A DNA stretch of 64,000 nt from an uncultured Chloroflexia bacterium (GCA_963782015.1 CAWAHY010000004.1:759488-823487), one strand, 5' to 3'. Numbered from the stretch's first letter, positions 40,261 through 50,928 are shown. A program made the numbers and translations. Notes: generated from the letters alone by a model not told the origin.

Positions 40261-42643
40261 CTACCTGGTGGGCCGCTCCCGGTCGCTCATCTCCAGGATG
40301 TCGAGCATCGGCAGATCGCGCTGGTACTCGCTGAACTCGAACTCCGGCCCGCAGCGCAGGGCGTCGTACGGGCAGGCATCGGCGCAGATGCCGCAGAAGA
40401 TGCATCGGCTCATGTCGAGCTGGTAGGTCTCCAGGGTGCGTGGTCGCGGCATGAGCGCGCCGACCGGGCAGGTCTCCGCGCAGCGGCCGCATGACACGCA
40501 CGGCGTCTCATTGAGGGACACGAAGTCGGCCGTGGTGACGAGCGAGTCGAAGCCCTTGCCGATGAAGTCGTAGCAGCCGGCGCCCACGATCTCCTTGCAG
40601 ACCTGTGCGCAGCGGCCGCAGTCGATGCAACGGGAGTAGTCGCGCAGGATGAAGGAGTGCGTCTCGTCGCGGCCGTAGCCGTGGTTGACGCCCACGTACG
40701 GGTTGTCCTGGATCGAGCGCTCGTCGATCGCCATGTTGAGCGTCGTCTCGTACTCGATCGCCGCCTCCCGCAGGTCGCAGTGGCCGATCGCCTCGCAGGT
40801 GCACTGCAGGCAGCGCCCCGCCTCGGCCATGGCCTGGTCGCCGGTGTAGCCGTGCTCGTACTCGCCGAAGCTGCGGTTTCGCTCCTCGGCGCCGAGCTTG
40901 CCCATCACCGCCTTTGGTTCCTTCACGTCGTCGGTGAAGGGCACGATCGTGAGGAACGAGGGCTGTGGCTCGCTCACGATGCGGCGCACCTGTGGGTCGT
41001 CGAGATCGTGGCCGCGCAGCCAGTAGTCGATCGCGTAGGAGGCGCGCCGCCCCTCGCCGATCGCCTCGACCACGGTGGTGGCGCCGGCGCGCACGTCACC
41101 CGAGGCGAAGACCTTCGGCAGGCCGGTGCGGAAGATGTCGTCCTCGCTGACCAGCGTGCCGCGGCGGCTCGTCTCGAGCTGCGAGCGGATCTCCTCGGGC
41201 TCGCTCTCGATCCAGGAGAGCTCGGGTCCCTGGCCGATGGCGCCCAGCACGGTGTCGCAACTCACGATGAACTCGGTGCCGGGCATCGGCTCCGGACGGC
41301 GGCGGCCCTTCTCATCGGGCTCGCCCAGGTGCATGCGCTGGAACTCGACCCCCGTTACCTTGTTGCGCTTGTCGGTCACGATGCGGACCGGCGCCGCCTG
41401 GAAGATGACCCGCGCCCCTTCCTCGATCGCCTCGTGCACCTCGTCCTGCGCCGGCATGTCTTTCAGGTCGCGCCGGTAGACGAGGGTCACCTCGGCAGCG
41501 GACTGGCGGATGCTGGTCCGCGTGCAGTCGATGGCGGTGAACCCGCCGCCGATCACGACGACCCTCGCCCCCTTCAGCGCCGGGATGGGGACGCCACGCG
41601 AGCTGTTGTAGAGGTTCTCGAGGGCGTTGACCACGCCGTCGGCGTCCTCGCCGGGGATCCCCATCTCGTTGGAGCGGTAGCAGCCGGTGCCGATGTAGAC
41701 CGCGTCGTAGCCCTGCTCCAGCAGGTCGGCGATGTGGAAGTCGCGGCCGAGCCGCATGTTCGGGCGGAAGGTGGCGCCCAGCTCCCAGACGTGGTTCAGC
41801 TCGCGGTCCATCCACTCCTTCGGAAGCCGATAGGCGGGGATCCCGTAGCGGAGCATGCCGCCCTGCTCCGGATCGGCCTCGTAGACGTCGCAGTGATGGC
41901 CCCGCAGCTGGAGGTAGTAGGCGGCTGACATGCCGGCCGGGCCCGAGCCGATGACCGCCACGCGGCGCCCGGAGTCAGGCTCCTTGGGCCATGGGGTGGG
42001 GGCCGGGGCATCGACCTCGAGGACGCGGTCGGCGCAGTAGCGGTGCGAGTCGCGGATGGCGATGGCGGTGTCGACCTCCTCGCGCCGGCAGTGCGTCTCG
42101 CACGGCGCGGGGCAGACGCGGCCGAGGATGGCCGGGAACGGCAGCGAGCGCTTGAGGATGCGCGTCGCCTCCTCCCAGTTGCCCAGCGTGTTCTGCTTGA
42201 GGTAGCCGGGGATGTCGACCCGCGTCGGGCACTTGAACTGGCAGGGCGGCAGGCAGTAGGCATCGTGGTCGCTGAAGATCAGCTCCAGCACCATCCGGCG
42301 GTTCTCGACCAGCCGATCGGAGTGGGTGGTGATGACCATCCCCTCTTCGATCTGCGTCCCGCAGCGAGATGGGGGTGTTCGCCTGCCCCTCGACCTCGAC
42401 CACGCAGATCCGGCAGGCACCATAGGGCGCCAGCTTCGGCTCGTAGCAGAGCGTCGGGACATCGATGCCGAGCACGCGGCAGGCCTGGAGGATGGTCTGC
42501 CCCTCCTCGGCCTCGACCAGCGCGCCGTTGATGGTGACGGCGAGCTTGCGGGTGCCCGGCACCATCGGCCAGATGGGGGTGTAGTCCTCCGGGCGCAGCG
42601 GCGCCCCCTTGCCGTTCCCGTTGCCGTTGGTGACGAAGCTCAT
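40261..42643 (-). CDS. NuoG-N-like Fe-S module with inserted GltD/SfrB-like FAD/NAD(P)H domain and C-terminal half-NuoI (frameshift near 42365)
   Basis: PTLC..GACRICVVEV [2Fe-2S]; PPCQFKCP, GRVCPAPCE, IGSGPAG, GGMLRYGIP, IGGGFTAID, YRR; CIDCGRCAQVC, CVSCGRCAETCP, CIFCGICADACP. Confidence 0.88.
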
Positions 42644-42655
42644 GGCCGGTGCATC

Positions 42656-44008
42656 TTAGAGGTGTGCCAGCGGGGCGATGAGGGGAGCGACCGGCGTCGT
42701 GCGGCACGCGCCGGCGAGGCACTCGCCCCGCTCGGCGTGGGCCCGGTACTCGTCGGCGAAGCGGTCGAGGGTGGTGAGCATCGGCCCCGGGGCGCGGGAC
42801 TCGAGGTGGCAGAGCGCCGTGTCGTGCATCTTGCGGGCCAGGTCGCGCATCAGCTGCGGGTCGCTCGGGCGGGGGCTGGCGGCCAGGACCCGGTCGAGCG
42901 CCTCGACCAGCCGCTTGGTGCCGATCCGGCAGGGGACCGCCTTGCCGCACGCCTCGCGGGCGGAGTAGTCGAGGAAGAAGCGGGCCGTGTCGACCATGCA
43001 GGTGTCGGTGTCGGTGACGAGCACCTGTCCGAGGCCGATGCCGGCTCCGGCCGCATGGAGCGCGTCGAAGTCATAGGGCGTGTCCAGCTCCTTCGCGGCG
43101 ATGGCCCCACCCCCCGGCCCGCCGACGAAGACCGCCTTGGTGGTCCCGGTCCCGCCGCCGGCGAGCGCGACGATCTTCGAGACCGGGGTCCCCAGCGCCA
43201 CCTCGGCCAGGCCCGGCTGCGCCACGCGGCCGTAGATGCTCACCAGCTTCGTGCCGGGAGCCTCCTTGCTGCCGACCGCGGCGAACTTCTTCGCGCCGTG
43301 CCGCGCGATCCACGCGACGTGCGCCAGCGTCTCGCCGTTCTGGACGACGGTCGGCGCGCCGCGCAGCCCGCGCTCGGTCGGGTACGGCGGCCGGATGACC
43401 GGCATGCCGCGATCGCCGGCCAGCGCGGCCAGCAGGGCGGTCTCCTCCCCGGCGACGAGCGCCGGCGCTCCCTCCCAGACCGAGACCACGCACGAGAAGT
43501 CGGTGCCCATCACCAGGTAGCCGGCGAGGTGCGCCGCATCGGCCTCGGCGACGGCGGCCCGCAGCCGCTCGATCGCCACGCTCCAGTCGCGGCGGACGGC
43601 GATGACCGCCTCCGACGCGCCGATCGCGAAGGCGGCGACCAGCAGCCCCTCGAGGACCAGGTGCGGATTCCCCTCGGCCAGCGCCCGGTCTCCGAGGGCG
43701 GTGGGATCGGCCCCGATCAGGTTGGCGACGACCTTGCGCTCGCCCTCGACCGCACGGGCGGCGCGCCACTTGTCGGCGGTGGGATAGCCACCGCCCCCGC
43801 GGCCGCGCAGGCCGGCGGCGGCGATCTCGTCGACGGTCCCCTCCGCGCCGAGCTTCGCGACGGCGCGCTTCAGGCCGTCGTAGCCGCCCGCCTTGCGGTA
43901 GCTGGCCAGGCTGGTCGGGTCGACGGAGCCGATCTCGGCCAGCAGGCGCTGCTCGCCGCCGGGCAGGATGCGGATCTGCGGGGAGAGGCCGGTGGAGCGG
44001 TCGGTCAC
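42656..44008 (-). CDS. nuoF: NuoF-like flavoprotein, degenerate
   Basis: GLRGRGGGGYPT..KW, GEETALL, PPYPTERGL, VGGPGG, EACGKAVPCRIG. Confidence 0.85.
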   Translation of the reverse strand: MTDRSTGLSPQIRILPGGEQRLLAEIGSVDPTSLASYRKAGGYDGLKRAVAKLGAEGTVDEIAAAGLRGRGGGGYPTADKWRAARAVEGERKVVANLIGADPTALGDRALAEGNPHLVLEGLLVAAFAIGASEAVIAVRRDWSVAIERLRAAVAEADAAHLAGYLVMGTDFSCVVSVWEGAPALVAGEETALLAALAGDRGMPVIRPPYPTERGLRGAPTVVQNGETLAHVAWIARHGAKKFAAVGSKEAPGTKLVSIYGRVAQPGLAEVALGTPVSKIVALAGGGTGTTKAVFVGGPGGGAIAAKELDTPYDFDALHAAGAGIGLGQVLVTDTDTCMVDTARFFLDYSAREACGKAVPCRIGTKRLVEALDRVLAASPRPSDPQLMRDLARKMHDTALCHLESRAPGPMLTTLDRFADEYRAHAERGECLAGACRTTPVAPLIAPLAHL

Positions 44009-44847
44009 GAGATGGACGCCCCCGCCGGCTTGCGGGCCGGGCCCTTGCGCCGCTCGGCCACGACATGGCGGCCATCCGCCACGGAGAGCGGGCCGTAGAC
44101 CAGGGTGTCGACGCGCAGCGCCGGGGAGAGCGCACCGGCCGCAATGTCGTCCCGCGTCTCGAGGCTGACCGAGCCGTCCGCCGTCGTCTCGCCGGGCGAG
44201 ATGCCCAGGTCGGCGCAGATGGCGGCCAGCAGGGCGTCGCCGCCGGCGAAGCGGCAGGCGGCGCAGGTGCAGACGCTGACCAGGTGCCCGTCGGTGGGGA
44301 GGAGACGGAAGCCGCCCAGCCCGGCGGCGCCGAAGACCTGGGCCCAGTGGATCGACATCGTGTCGCTCACCTGGCGCAGGGCCAGCTCGGGCAGGTAGCC
44401 GTAGCGCGACTCCACCGCGGAGAAGATGGCGACCAGCGCCTCGGGGCGCCCGCCGAAGCCGTCGATCACGCCGCGCAGCCACGGGGCGTCGATCGCCTCG
44501 TCCCAGCGCGCCGCGTTGCGCATCGGCTCCGCCGGCAGGCCAGCTCGCCGGAAGGCGTTGGGGTCCTTGCGCTCGTCGTAGATCTCCGGCATGCCGTAGC
44601 GGATCCGGTTCCCCTGCGAGTCGAAGCCGCTCATGTCGATCGCCTCCACCGGGCAGACCTGCGCGCACTGGAAGCAGACCTCGCACTTGTGCTCGCCGAA
44701 CGGGTCGTAGATCAGGTCGAGGCGACCACGCCAGCGGTCCGGCATGGTCGGGCGCGACTCGGGGTACTGGTTCGTGACCTTGGGCGCCCAGTAGTTGCGC
44801 CCCGTCTGGCGCAGCCCCTTGAGGATGCCGAAGCCGGGGATCCTCAC
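44005..44847 (-). CDS. Fusion of N-terminal half of NuoI with a NuoE-like domain
   Basis: VTNQYPE..RWRG..KCEVCFQCAQVCP, then YGYLP..VSVCTCAAC..LGISPGETTADG. Confidence 0.85.
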   Translation of the reverse strand: MRIPGFGILKGLRQTGRNYWAPKVTNQYPESRPTMPDRWRGRLDLIYDPFGEHKCEVCFQCAQVCPVEAIDMSGFDSQGNRIRYGMPEIYDERKDPNAFRRAGLPAEPMRNAARWDEAIDAPWLRGVIDGFGGRPEALVAIFSAVESRYGYLPELALRQVSDTMSIHWAQVFGAAGLGGFRLLPTDGHLVSVCTCAACRFAGGDALLAAICADLGISPGETTADGSVSLETRDDIAAGALSPALRVDTLVYGPLSVADGRHVVAERRKGPARKPAGASIS

Positions 44848-45854
44848 AGCTTGAAGGCCACCACCGCCGCGGCGGTGACGAGCAGGTTGACCATGGCCAG
44901 CGGCAGCAGGACCTTCCAGGCGGCGCTCATCAGCTGGTCGATCCGGACGCGCACCAGCGTCACGCGCAGGAGGACCGCGAGCGCCACGAACAGGTACGTC
45001 TTGAGGAAGAACCAGAGGACGCCATACAGCGTGCCGGCGAAGCCGTCGAGCTGCGCGGGGAACGGCCAGGGAGCCAGCCAGCCGCCGAAGAAGAGGGCGG
45101 CCATGATCCCGCTCATGATGAAGAGGGCCACGTACTCGGCGAAGAAGAAGAAGCCAAAGCGCATGCCGGAGTACTCGGTGAAGGGCCCGGCCACCAGCTC
45201 GCTATCGGCCTCGACCATGTCGAACGGGGTGCGGTTGATCTCCGCCAGCGAGGCGATGTAGAAGATCCCCAGGCCGACCGGCTGCCAGATCAGCATCCAG
45301 CCGTGGGCCAGCTGCCATTCGATCAGCTCGCGGAAGTTGAGCGTCCCGGCCAGGACCACCGCCCCGACCACCGACAGGGTCAGCGGGATCTCGTAGCTGA
45401 CCATCTGCGCGGCGCTGCGCAGCCCGCCCAGCAGCGAGTACTTGTTGTAGCTGGCCCAGCCGGCGACCAGCAGCCCGACCACGGAGAGGCCGATCACCGC
45501 GAAGAAGTAGACGATCCCGATGTTGAAGTCCGCGGCGATGGCGCCCGGCGCGAAGGGGATCACCAGCATGCTCATGGCCGCCGCCATGTAGACCATCCAC
45601 GGCGCCAGGGTGAACGTGGCGCGATCGGCCTGGTCGGGGATGTGGTCCTCCTTGGCGAGGACCTTGAAGCCGTGGATCGTGCTCTGGAACATGCCCCACG
45701 GGCCGATCCGGTTCGGCCCGTAGCGGAGCTGCGCGCCGGCGATGATCTTGAGCTCCATCTGGATCACCACGAACGCGGTCGGCACCGTCAGCAGCAGGAT
45801 CAGGGTGGTGGCCAGCAGGAAGCGCAGGACGCCGAGGACGACGCTCCAGTCCAT
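44844..45854 (-). CDS. nuoH: Complex I subunit H
   Basis: RYGPNRIGP, KYSLLGGLRSAAQMVSYE, NRTPFD..ESE-like, TEYSG. Confidence 0.96.
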   Translation of the reverse strand: MDWSVVLGVLRFLLATTLILLLTVPTAFVVIQMELKIIAGAQLRYGPNRIGPWGMFQSTIHGFKVLAKEDHIPDQADRATFTLAPWMVYMAAAMSMLVIPFAPGAIAADFNIGIVYFFAVIGLSVVGLLVAGWASYNKYSLLGGLRSAAQMVSYEIPLTLSVVGAVVLAGTLNFRELIEWQLAHGWMLIWQPVGLGIFYIASLAEINRTPFDMVEADSELVAGPFTEYSGMRFGFFFFAEYVALFIMSGIMAALFFGGWLAPWPFPAQLDGFAGTLYGVLWFFLKTYLFVALAVLLRVTLVRVRIDQLMSAAWKVLLPLAMVNLLVTAAAVVAFKL

Positions 45855-47105
45855 CTACTTGTCCACCCCGCCCATCACCGGGTCGAAGCTGGCCATCACC
45901 GCCATGGTGTCGGCGATGAGGCGCCCCGGCATCAGCTTCGGGATCGCCTGGAGGCTGACGAAGCTCGGGTCGCGCATGCGGAACCGATACGGGTTGGGGC
46001 CGCCGTCGCTGATGGCGTAGACGCTGTACAGGCCGCGCGGCGACTCGACTGCGGCGTAGGCGCGCCCCGGCTTGGGGCGGATGATCCCCGGCACCTGCGC
46101 CTGCACGGGGCCGTGCGGCATCTTGTCGACGATCTGGTCGATCAGGTGGATGCTCTGCTTGATCTCGGCCACGCGCTGCAGGTAGCGGGCGTTCGAGTCG
46201 CCGCCGGGCTGGGTGATCACCTCGAACTCGAGCTCGGGGTAGATCGAGTAGGGATGCGCCTTCCGCACGTCGAACGGCACGCCCGAGGCGCGCAGGTTCG
46301 GACCGGAGACGCCCAGCGCGATCGCGTCCTTGCCCGACAGGACCCCCATCCCGATCGTCCGCGCCCGGAAGATCTCGTTGTCGGTGATCACCCGCTCGCT
46401 CATCTCGACGTTCTTCAGCACGTTGGCCCGCCAGCTGCCGAGGCGCGAGAGGAACTCGTCGTTGGTGTCGAAGTTGACGCCGCCGACCCGGAAGAAGTTG
46501 AAGAGCATCCGCTGGCCGCTGATCGCCGAGAGCATGTCGACGATCTCGTCGCGGTTGATGAAGCCGTACAGGATGGGGGTGATGCCGCCCATGTCGAGCG
46601 CCAGGAAGCCCATCATCAGGCTGTGGCTGAAGACCCGGTTCAGCTCCACCACCAGCGCCCGGATGTACTCCGCGCGCCTCGGGGCCGCGACCCCGAACAG
46701 CTTCTCGAAGGCGATCGCGGGGGCGTGCTCGTTGTGCATCCCCGACAGGTAGTCCATCGGGTCGACGTAGGTCATCACGGTGGTGTAGGTGGCGTTCTCG
46801 CACAGCTTCTCGATGCCGCGGTGCAGGTAGCCCAGCACCGGGTCGACATCGGTCACCACCTCGCCACGGACCTTGACCACGAGGCGCATGACGCCGTGGG
46901 TGGAGGGGTGCTGCGGGCCCATGTTGACCAGCATCTCGCCCTCTTCGAGGGAGTAGATCTCGCGCTCGCGCTCGGTCTGCGGCGGCCGATCCGGCAGCCC
47001 CACCGACTCGAAGCCCGCGTAGTCGCCAACGGGGCCTCGCGCGGGGGGCAGCCCGGCGACCGTGCGCAGGCGCGCCTCCTCGTCGCGCTCCAGGTCGACC
47101 GTCAC
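45855..47105 (-). CDS. nuoD: Complex I subunit D
   Basis: NMGPQHPSTHGVMRL, GYLHRGIEK, ESPRG; no [NiFe] CxxC motifs. Confidence 0.95.
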   Translation of the reverse strand: MTVDLERDEEARLRTVAGLPPARGPVGDYAGFESVGLPDRPPQTEREREIYSLEEGEMLVNMGPQHPSTHGVMRLVVKVRGEVVTDVDPVLGYLHRGIEKLCENATYTTVMTYVDPMDYLSGMHNEHAPAIAFEKLFGVAAPRRAEYIRALVVELNRVFSHSLMMGFLALDMGGITPILYGFINRDEIVDMLSAISGQRMLFNFFRVGGVNFDTNDEFLSRLGSWRANVLKNVEMSERVITDNEIFRARTIGMGVLSGKDAIALGVSGPNLRASGVPFDVRKAHPYSIYPELEFEVITQPGGDSNARYLQRVAEIKQSIHLIDQIVDKMPHGPVQAQVPGIIRPKPGRAYAAVESPRGLYSVYAISDGGPNPYRFRMRDPSFVSLQAIPKLMPGRLIADTMAVMASFDPVMGGVDK

Positions 47106-47686
47106 GACTCGCCCTCCGCGTGGGCGATGACGCCCGGGGCCAGCTCCTCGGAGAGGCGTGAGAGGTCCCACGTCTCGGGGCGCTCGAGCGGCCGCACGCC
47201 GGCCGCAGGGGAGTCGGCCGCGTCGTCGGGGAGGAGGAAGTCGCGGCGCTGCGGGAAGCTGCGATAGTCGGGCGACATGTAGATCCGGCGCAGGTCGCGG
47301 TTCCCGTCGAAGACGATCCCCATCATGTCGTACATCTCGCGCTCGTGGAACATCGCCCCCTCCCACAGGCCGGTGATGGTGGGGATATGGGGATCGGCGC
47401 GGTTCACGTGGGCGCGGACGCGGAGCCAGGCGGGGTGACGATCGGAGTAGAGGTGGTAGACCACCTCGAAGTGCTCGGTGGGGCCGTAGTCGACCGCGGC
47501 GGCATCGGCGAGGTAGAAGAAGTTCAGCTCGGGCTCGTCGCGCAGCGGCCGCAGGACCTCCACCACGCGGCTGCCGTCGATCGAGACCTCGACGCTGTCC
47601 TCATCGGTCCACAGGCTGGCGGCCAGCTCCGGGAATCGGTCGAGCAGGAGCCGGACCAGGGCGCCCGCCTTGGCCGGGGCGCTCAG
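47102..47686 (-). CDS. nuoC: Complex I subunit C (CTG start inferred)
   Basis: [26 protein letters not shown]. Confidence 0.92.
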   Translation of the reverse strand: MSAPAKAGALVRLLLDRFPELAASLWTDEDSVEVSIDGSRVVEVLRPLRDEPELNFFYLADAAAVDYGPTEHFEVVYHLYSDRHPAWLRVRAHVNRADPHIPTITGLWEGAMFHEREMYDMMGIVFDGNRDLRRIYMSPDYRSFPQRRDFLLPDDAADSPAAGVRPLERPETWDLSRLSEELAPGVIAHAEGES

Positions 47687-48339
47687 CGCACGTCTCCTTC
47701 CCAGTCCTGCCGCTGGACGCCGCGGTCGACGAACGTCGACCATTCGCCGCGCCGCTGCTTGACCAGCTCCTGGAGCCGCATCATCCCGTAGATCAGGCCC
47801 TCCGGTCGGGGCGGGCAGCCGGGCACGTAGACGTCGACCGGCATCACCCGGTCGACCCCCTGCACCACGCTGTAGGACCGCTTGAAGCGACCGCCCGAGG
47901 TGGTGCAGGTGCCCATCGCCACGCACCACTTGGGCTCGGGCATCTGCTCCCAGAGGCGGACCAGCGGGCCGGCCATCTTGGTCGTCAGGGTGCCGGCCAC
48001 GATCAGCACGTCCGCCTGCCGAGGCGAGGCGCGGAACGGGAACATCCCGAAGCGGTCGATGTCGTTCTTGGAGGTGGCGGTGCTCATCATCTCGATGGCG
48101 CAGCAGCTGAGGCCGGAGAGGAGCGGCCAGAGCGAGTTGGCGCGGATCAGGTCGAGGACGATGTCGGCCCGGGTGGGGATCACCTCCAGCAGGCCGTGGA
48201 AGCCGCCCTGCGGATGCTCCTCCATGCCGAACTCGCGGAGCAGCTCGTCATCGGCCTGGTCGGCGACGACGATGCGCCCGTCCGCGGAGAGCGACGCGGT
48301 GACCTTGCCCTCGGCGCGGGGCGGGGTCTCTAGCGCCAC
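47683..48339 (-). CDS. nuoB: Complex I subunit B
   Basis: [25 protein letters not shown]. Confidence 0.96.
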   Translation of the reverse strand: MALETPPRAEGKVTASLSADGRIVVADQADDELLREFGMEEHPQGGFHGLLEVIPTRADIVLDLIRANSLWPLLSGLSCCAIEMMSTATSKNDIDRFGMFPFRASPRQADVLIVAGTLTTKMAGPLVRLWEQMPEPKWCVAMGTCTTSGGRFKRSYSVVQGVDRVMPVDVYVPGCPPRPEGLIYGMMRLQELVKQRRGEWSTFVDRGVQRQDWEGDVR

Positions 48340-48689
48340 TTGAGGTCACCCTTCTTCCAGGCGTACAGCTCGCCGAAGAGGAGGATCCCCAGGAAGACGC
48401 CGATCAGCACGATCCCCTGCACCGCGATCGCCCGCACCGCCACCGCCCACAGGTAGACGAAGACGATCTCGACGTCGAAGGCCACGAAGAGCAGCGCGTA
48501 GAGGTAGAAGGCGAGGCCGAAGCGCGACCAGGTGTCGCCGATGGTGTCGATCCCGCACTCGTACGGCAGGCCCTTCTGCGGGGTCCGCCGGCGGTGGGTG
48601 ATCAGCCACGAGAAGAGGATCGTGCCGAACACGAAGATCGATGCGGCGATCCCGAATCCGATGACGTAGAGCAGTCCGGTCTGATCCAT
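48330..48689 (-). CDS. nuoA: Complex I subunit A
   Basis: PYECG, FVAFDVE, AWKKG. Confidence 0.95.
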   Translation of the reverse strand: MDQTGLLYVIGFGIAASIFVFGTILFSWLITHRRRTPQKGLPYECGIDTIGDTWSRFGLAFYLYALLFVAFDVEIVFVYLWAVAVRAIAVQGIVLIGVFLGILLFGELYAWKKGDLKWR

Positions 48690-48822
48690 GCCAGCTCCGC
48701 GGTTGCTCGGGCGCAGGACCGATGGTTCCCGCGCGGTTGATGCTCGGTTGCCGCGGCCCAGCCCGATCGGCCGGCCGCCTCACGAACAGTCTAGCAGTCC
48801 GATGCGGACCGATCGGGTGGGG

Positions 48823-49989
48823 CTACCGACCCAGCCAGGCGGCGTCGACCAGGATCCGCAGGCCGTCGCTGACGAGCGCGTGGCCGCCGAGCAGGAACGG
48901 CACCTCGGACTCGGCGGCGGCGGCCGTGAGCTCCGCCAGCCACTCCGTGGCGACCGGCGTCGGGTCCAGGAAATCGGAGGCGAAGCGCTCCTCGGCCGGC
49001 GGCCAGGCGGCACCGTCCGACGACCCGGCGCGCGCCGCCATGACGACCCGCGAGTCGAGGATCACCGCGTCGCCGAGCGAGGCCAGCTCCTTCACCAGGT
49101 CGGCCGCGCCGAGCCGCTCGCTCCAGTCGGCGAGGAGCGAATGGGGCACGGCGTCGCGGGCGGAGCGCATCCCGCGCTCCTCGATGAAGCAGCGCACCCG
49201 GCAGGCGCTCTCCGTCTCGAGGTAGCTCCACGCGGCCGACGGGATCCTGCCGGCCACCACCAGCTGCGCCTCCGGGTCGCGCAGCACGGCGCCGACCCGT
49301 TCCAGGCGCGGCAGCTCGAGCGCTCGCCCACCGGGCAGGCTCGCCATCTCGAGGAAGGCGGACACCAGGCCGTCGGGGCGACGCGTGCCGGGCAGCCGGA
49401 TCGCCAGGCGCAGCAGCGCCAGGTCGAGCGGGGTGTCCACGTCGAAGCGGGCCCACGACGAGCCGGCCAGGTCGCGGGACGTGAAGCCGGCCGCCTCGAG
49501 GCAGCGGATCGCGGCGTTGTCGGTCGAGCACGACTCGAGGGCGGCGAGGGCGCCCTCCATGCTCCGCGGCCCCGACGGCTCGGTGCCGACCAGGAAGGCG
49601 TCGGTCGAGAAGCGGTTGTTCCCCACCGCTTCGCCGGGGATCGCCGAGGCGAGCGCCTCGAGCAGCGGGTCGTCGGCGAGGGCCAGCGCCCCGGCGCCGG
49701 CATAGCCGATGGCGTCGAGCGGCCGCCCCTCGGATCGCACCCGGGCGAGCACCGCACGGGCCGCGGCGGTGAACCAGCGCCCCCAGTGGAATGCCTCGCC
49801 GGCCGGCGGCCGCGCGGGGTGCAGCGAGGCCACTCCGGCGCCGAGCGATCCGAGCCGTCGGGAGAGCTCGATCGCGAGCCGGCGGCGCCCCGCCTCGCCG
49901 ACGGCGGCGTACGAGCCGGGAGGCAGGCCTGGGTCCGGCGACGCCCCCGGGTCGACCACCAGGAAGAGCGGCGCCGGCCGCTCAGGCAT
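48823..49989 (-). CDS. Conserved hypothetical protein, CofC/nucleotidyltransferase-like fold
   Basis: NNRFSTD, FDVDTPLDL, EERGMR, GGHALVS; family assignment tentative. Confidence 0.55.
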   Translation of the reverse strand: MPERPAPLFLVVDPGASPDPGLPPGSYAAVGEAGRRRLAIELSRRLGSLGAGVASLHPARPPAGEAFHWGRWFTAAARAVLARVRSEGRPLDAIGYAGAGALALADDPLLEALASAIPGEAVGNNRFSTDAFLVGTEPSGPRSMEGALAALESCSTDNAAIRCLEAAGFTSRDLAGSSWARFDVDTPLDLALLRLAIRLPGTRRPDGLVSAFLEMASLPGGRALELPRLERVGAVLRDPEAQLVVAGRIPSAAWSYLETESACRVRCFIEERGMRSARDAVPHSLLADWSERLGAADLVKELASLGDAVILDSRVVMAARAGSSDGAAWPPAEERFASDFLDPTPVATEWLAELTAAAAESEVPFLLGGHALVSDGLRILVDAAWLGR

Positions 49990-50587
49990 CTCGCGAGGCC
50001 GCCGCCAGCAGGCCATGCAGCTGGCGGAGGTGCATCAGGTCGTGGACGCCGGCGAAGAGGAGCCACTCCCCGCAGCGCAGGTGGCCCACCAGGGGGTGGT
50101 CGAGGGGACACGGCTCGGCCTCGTGCCCGGCGATCGCCTCGGCCGAGGCGGCGAGCGAGCGCCGGCTCTTGGCGAGCAGGGTGAGCAGCGTGTCGAGGGA
50201 AGCGTCTGCTGGGCCGGGCACGCCCGGGATCACGCGTGGGGCCTCCGCCGGCCACTCGCCGCGGGCGGCCAGGGCACCGGCGTGCGCCAGACCCCGCCGC
50301 GCCCCGGTGGTATGGGCAAAGGCCTGCGCCACATTCCAGTCGCCCTCGCCGCCGGGGGCGCGCAGGAGCGCCTCCGGCATCTCCGTCAGGACGGCTTCCA
50401 GCGCGTCGGCGATCGCTTCGTGCTGGGCGAGGATCGTGGCCGCGGACCCGGGGCCCGCGCGTCGCCGGATCTCGCGTCGAAAGGCGATGCCGCGGATCTT
50501 CGGCCCCTCGTCGTCGATCGCCTGCCACACCGCCACCACGTCCGGCGCGAGCGGCTCAAGGGCGGCAAGCCAGGCCGGCGCCGCCAT
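49982..50587 (-). CDS. DinB-family protein
   Basis: WNVAQAFAH, HPLVG, HDLMHLRQL. Confidence 0.75.
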   Translation of the reverse strand: MAAPAWLAALEPLAPDVVAVWQAIDDEGPKIRGIAFRREIRRRAGPGSAATILAQHEAIADALEAVLTEMPEALLRAPGGEGDWNVAQAFAHTTGARRGLAHAGALAARGEWPAEAPRVIPGVPGPADASLDTLLTLLAKSRRSLAASAEAIAGHEAEPCPLDHPLVGHLRCGEWLLFAGVHDLMHLRQLHGLLAAASRDA

Positions 50588-50598
50588 CGGTATCGGTC

Positions 50599-50928
50599 CT
50601 AGAGGCGCTCGAAGCGCTCGACGGGCATCACGAAGACGGTGGCCCCGCCGACCTCCACCTCGACCGGGTAGGGCATGTAGAACTCGCCCGGCTCCATGAT
50701 CGGGGGCATCGGGTTGACGAACTGTCTCCGCGAGTGGCAGTTGGCGCTCACGATCTCGAGCACCGCGTCGACCTGGTCGTCCTCGACCCCCACCAGGATG
50801 GTGGCGTTCCCCTGCTTGAGGAAGCCGCCCGACGACTGCAGGCGGGTCGCGCGGAACTCCTTCTCGAGGAGGGCGTCGACCAGGTTGCCGGCATCCTCGC
50901 TGTGGACGATCGCGGTCACGAGCTTCAT
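50599..50928 (-). CDS. darA: Cyclic-di-AMP receptor DarA/PstA (PII-like)
   Basis: MKLVTAIV..D, ATRLQSSGGFLKQGNAT, VEVGGATVFV. Confidence 0.92.
   Translation of the reverse strand: MKLVTAIVHSEDAGNLVDALLEKEFRATRLQSSGGFLKQGNATILVGVEDDQVDAVLEIVSANCHSRRQFVNPMPPIMEPGEFYMPYPVEVEVGGATVFVMPVERFERL

Noticed and set aside
45855-48339. Group 4 [NiFe]-hydrogenase interpretation
   Set aside because: NuoD lacks both CxxC metal motifs and NuoB has the adjacent CC of complex I.
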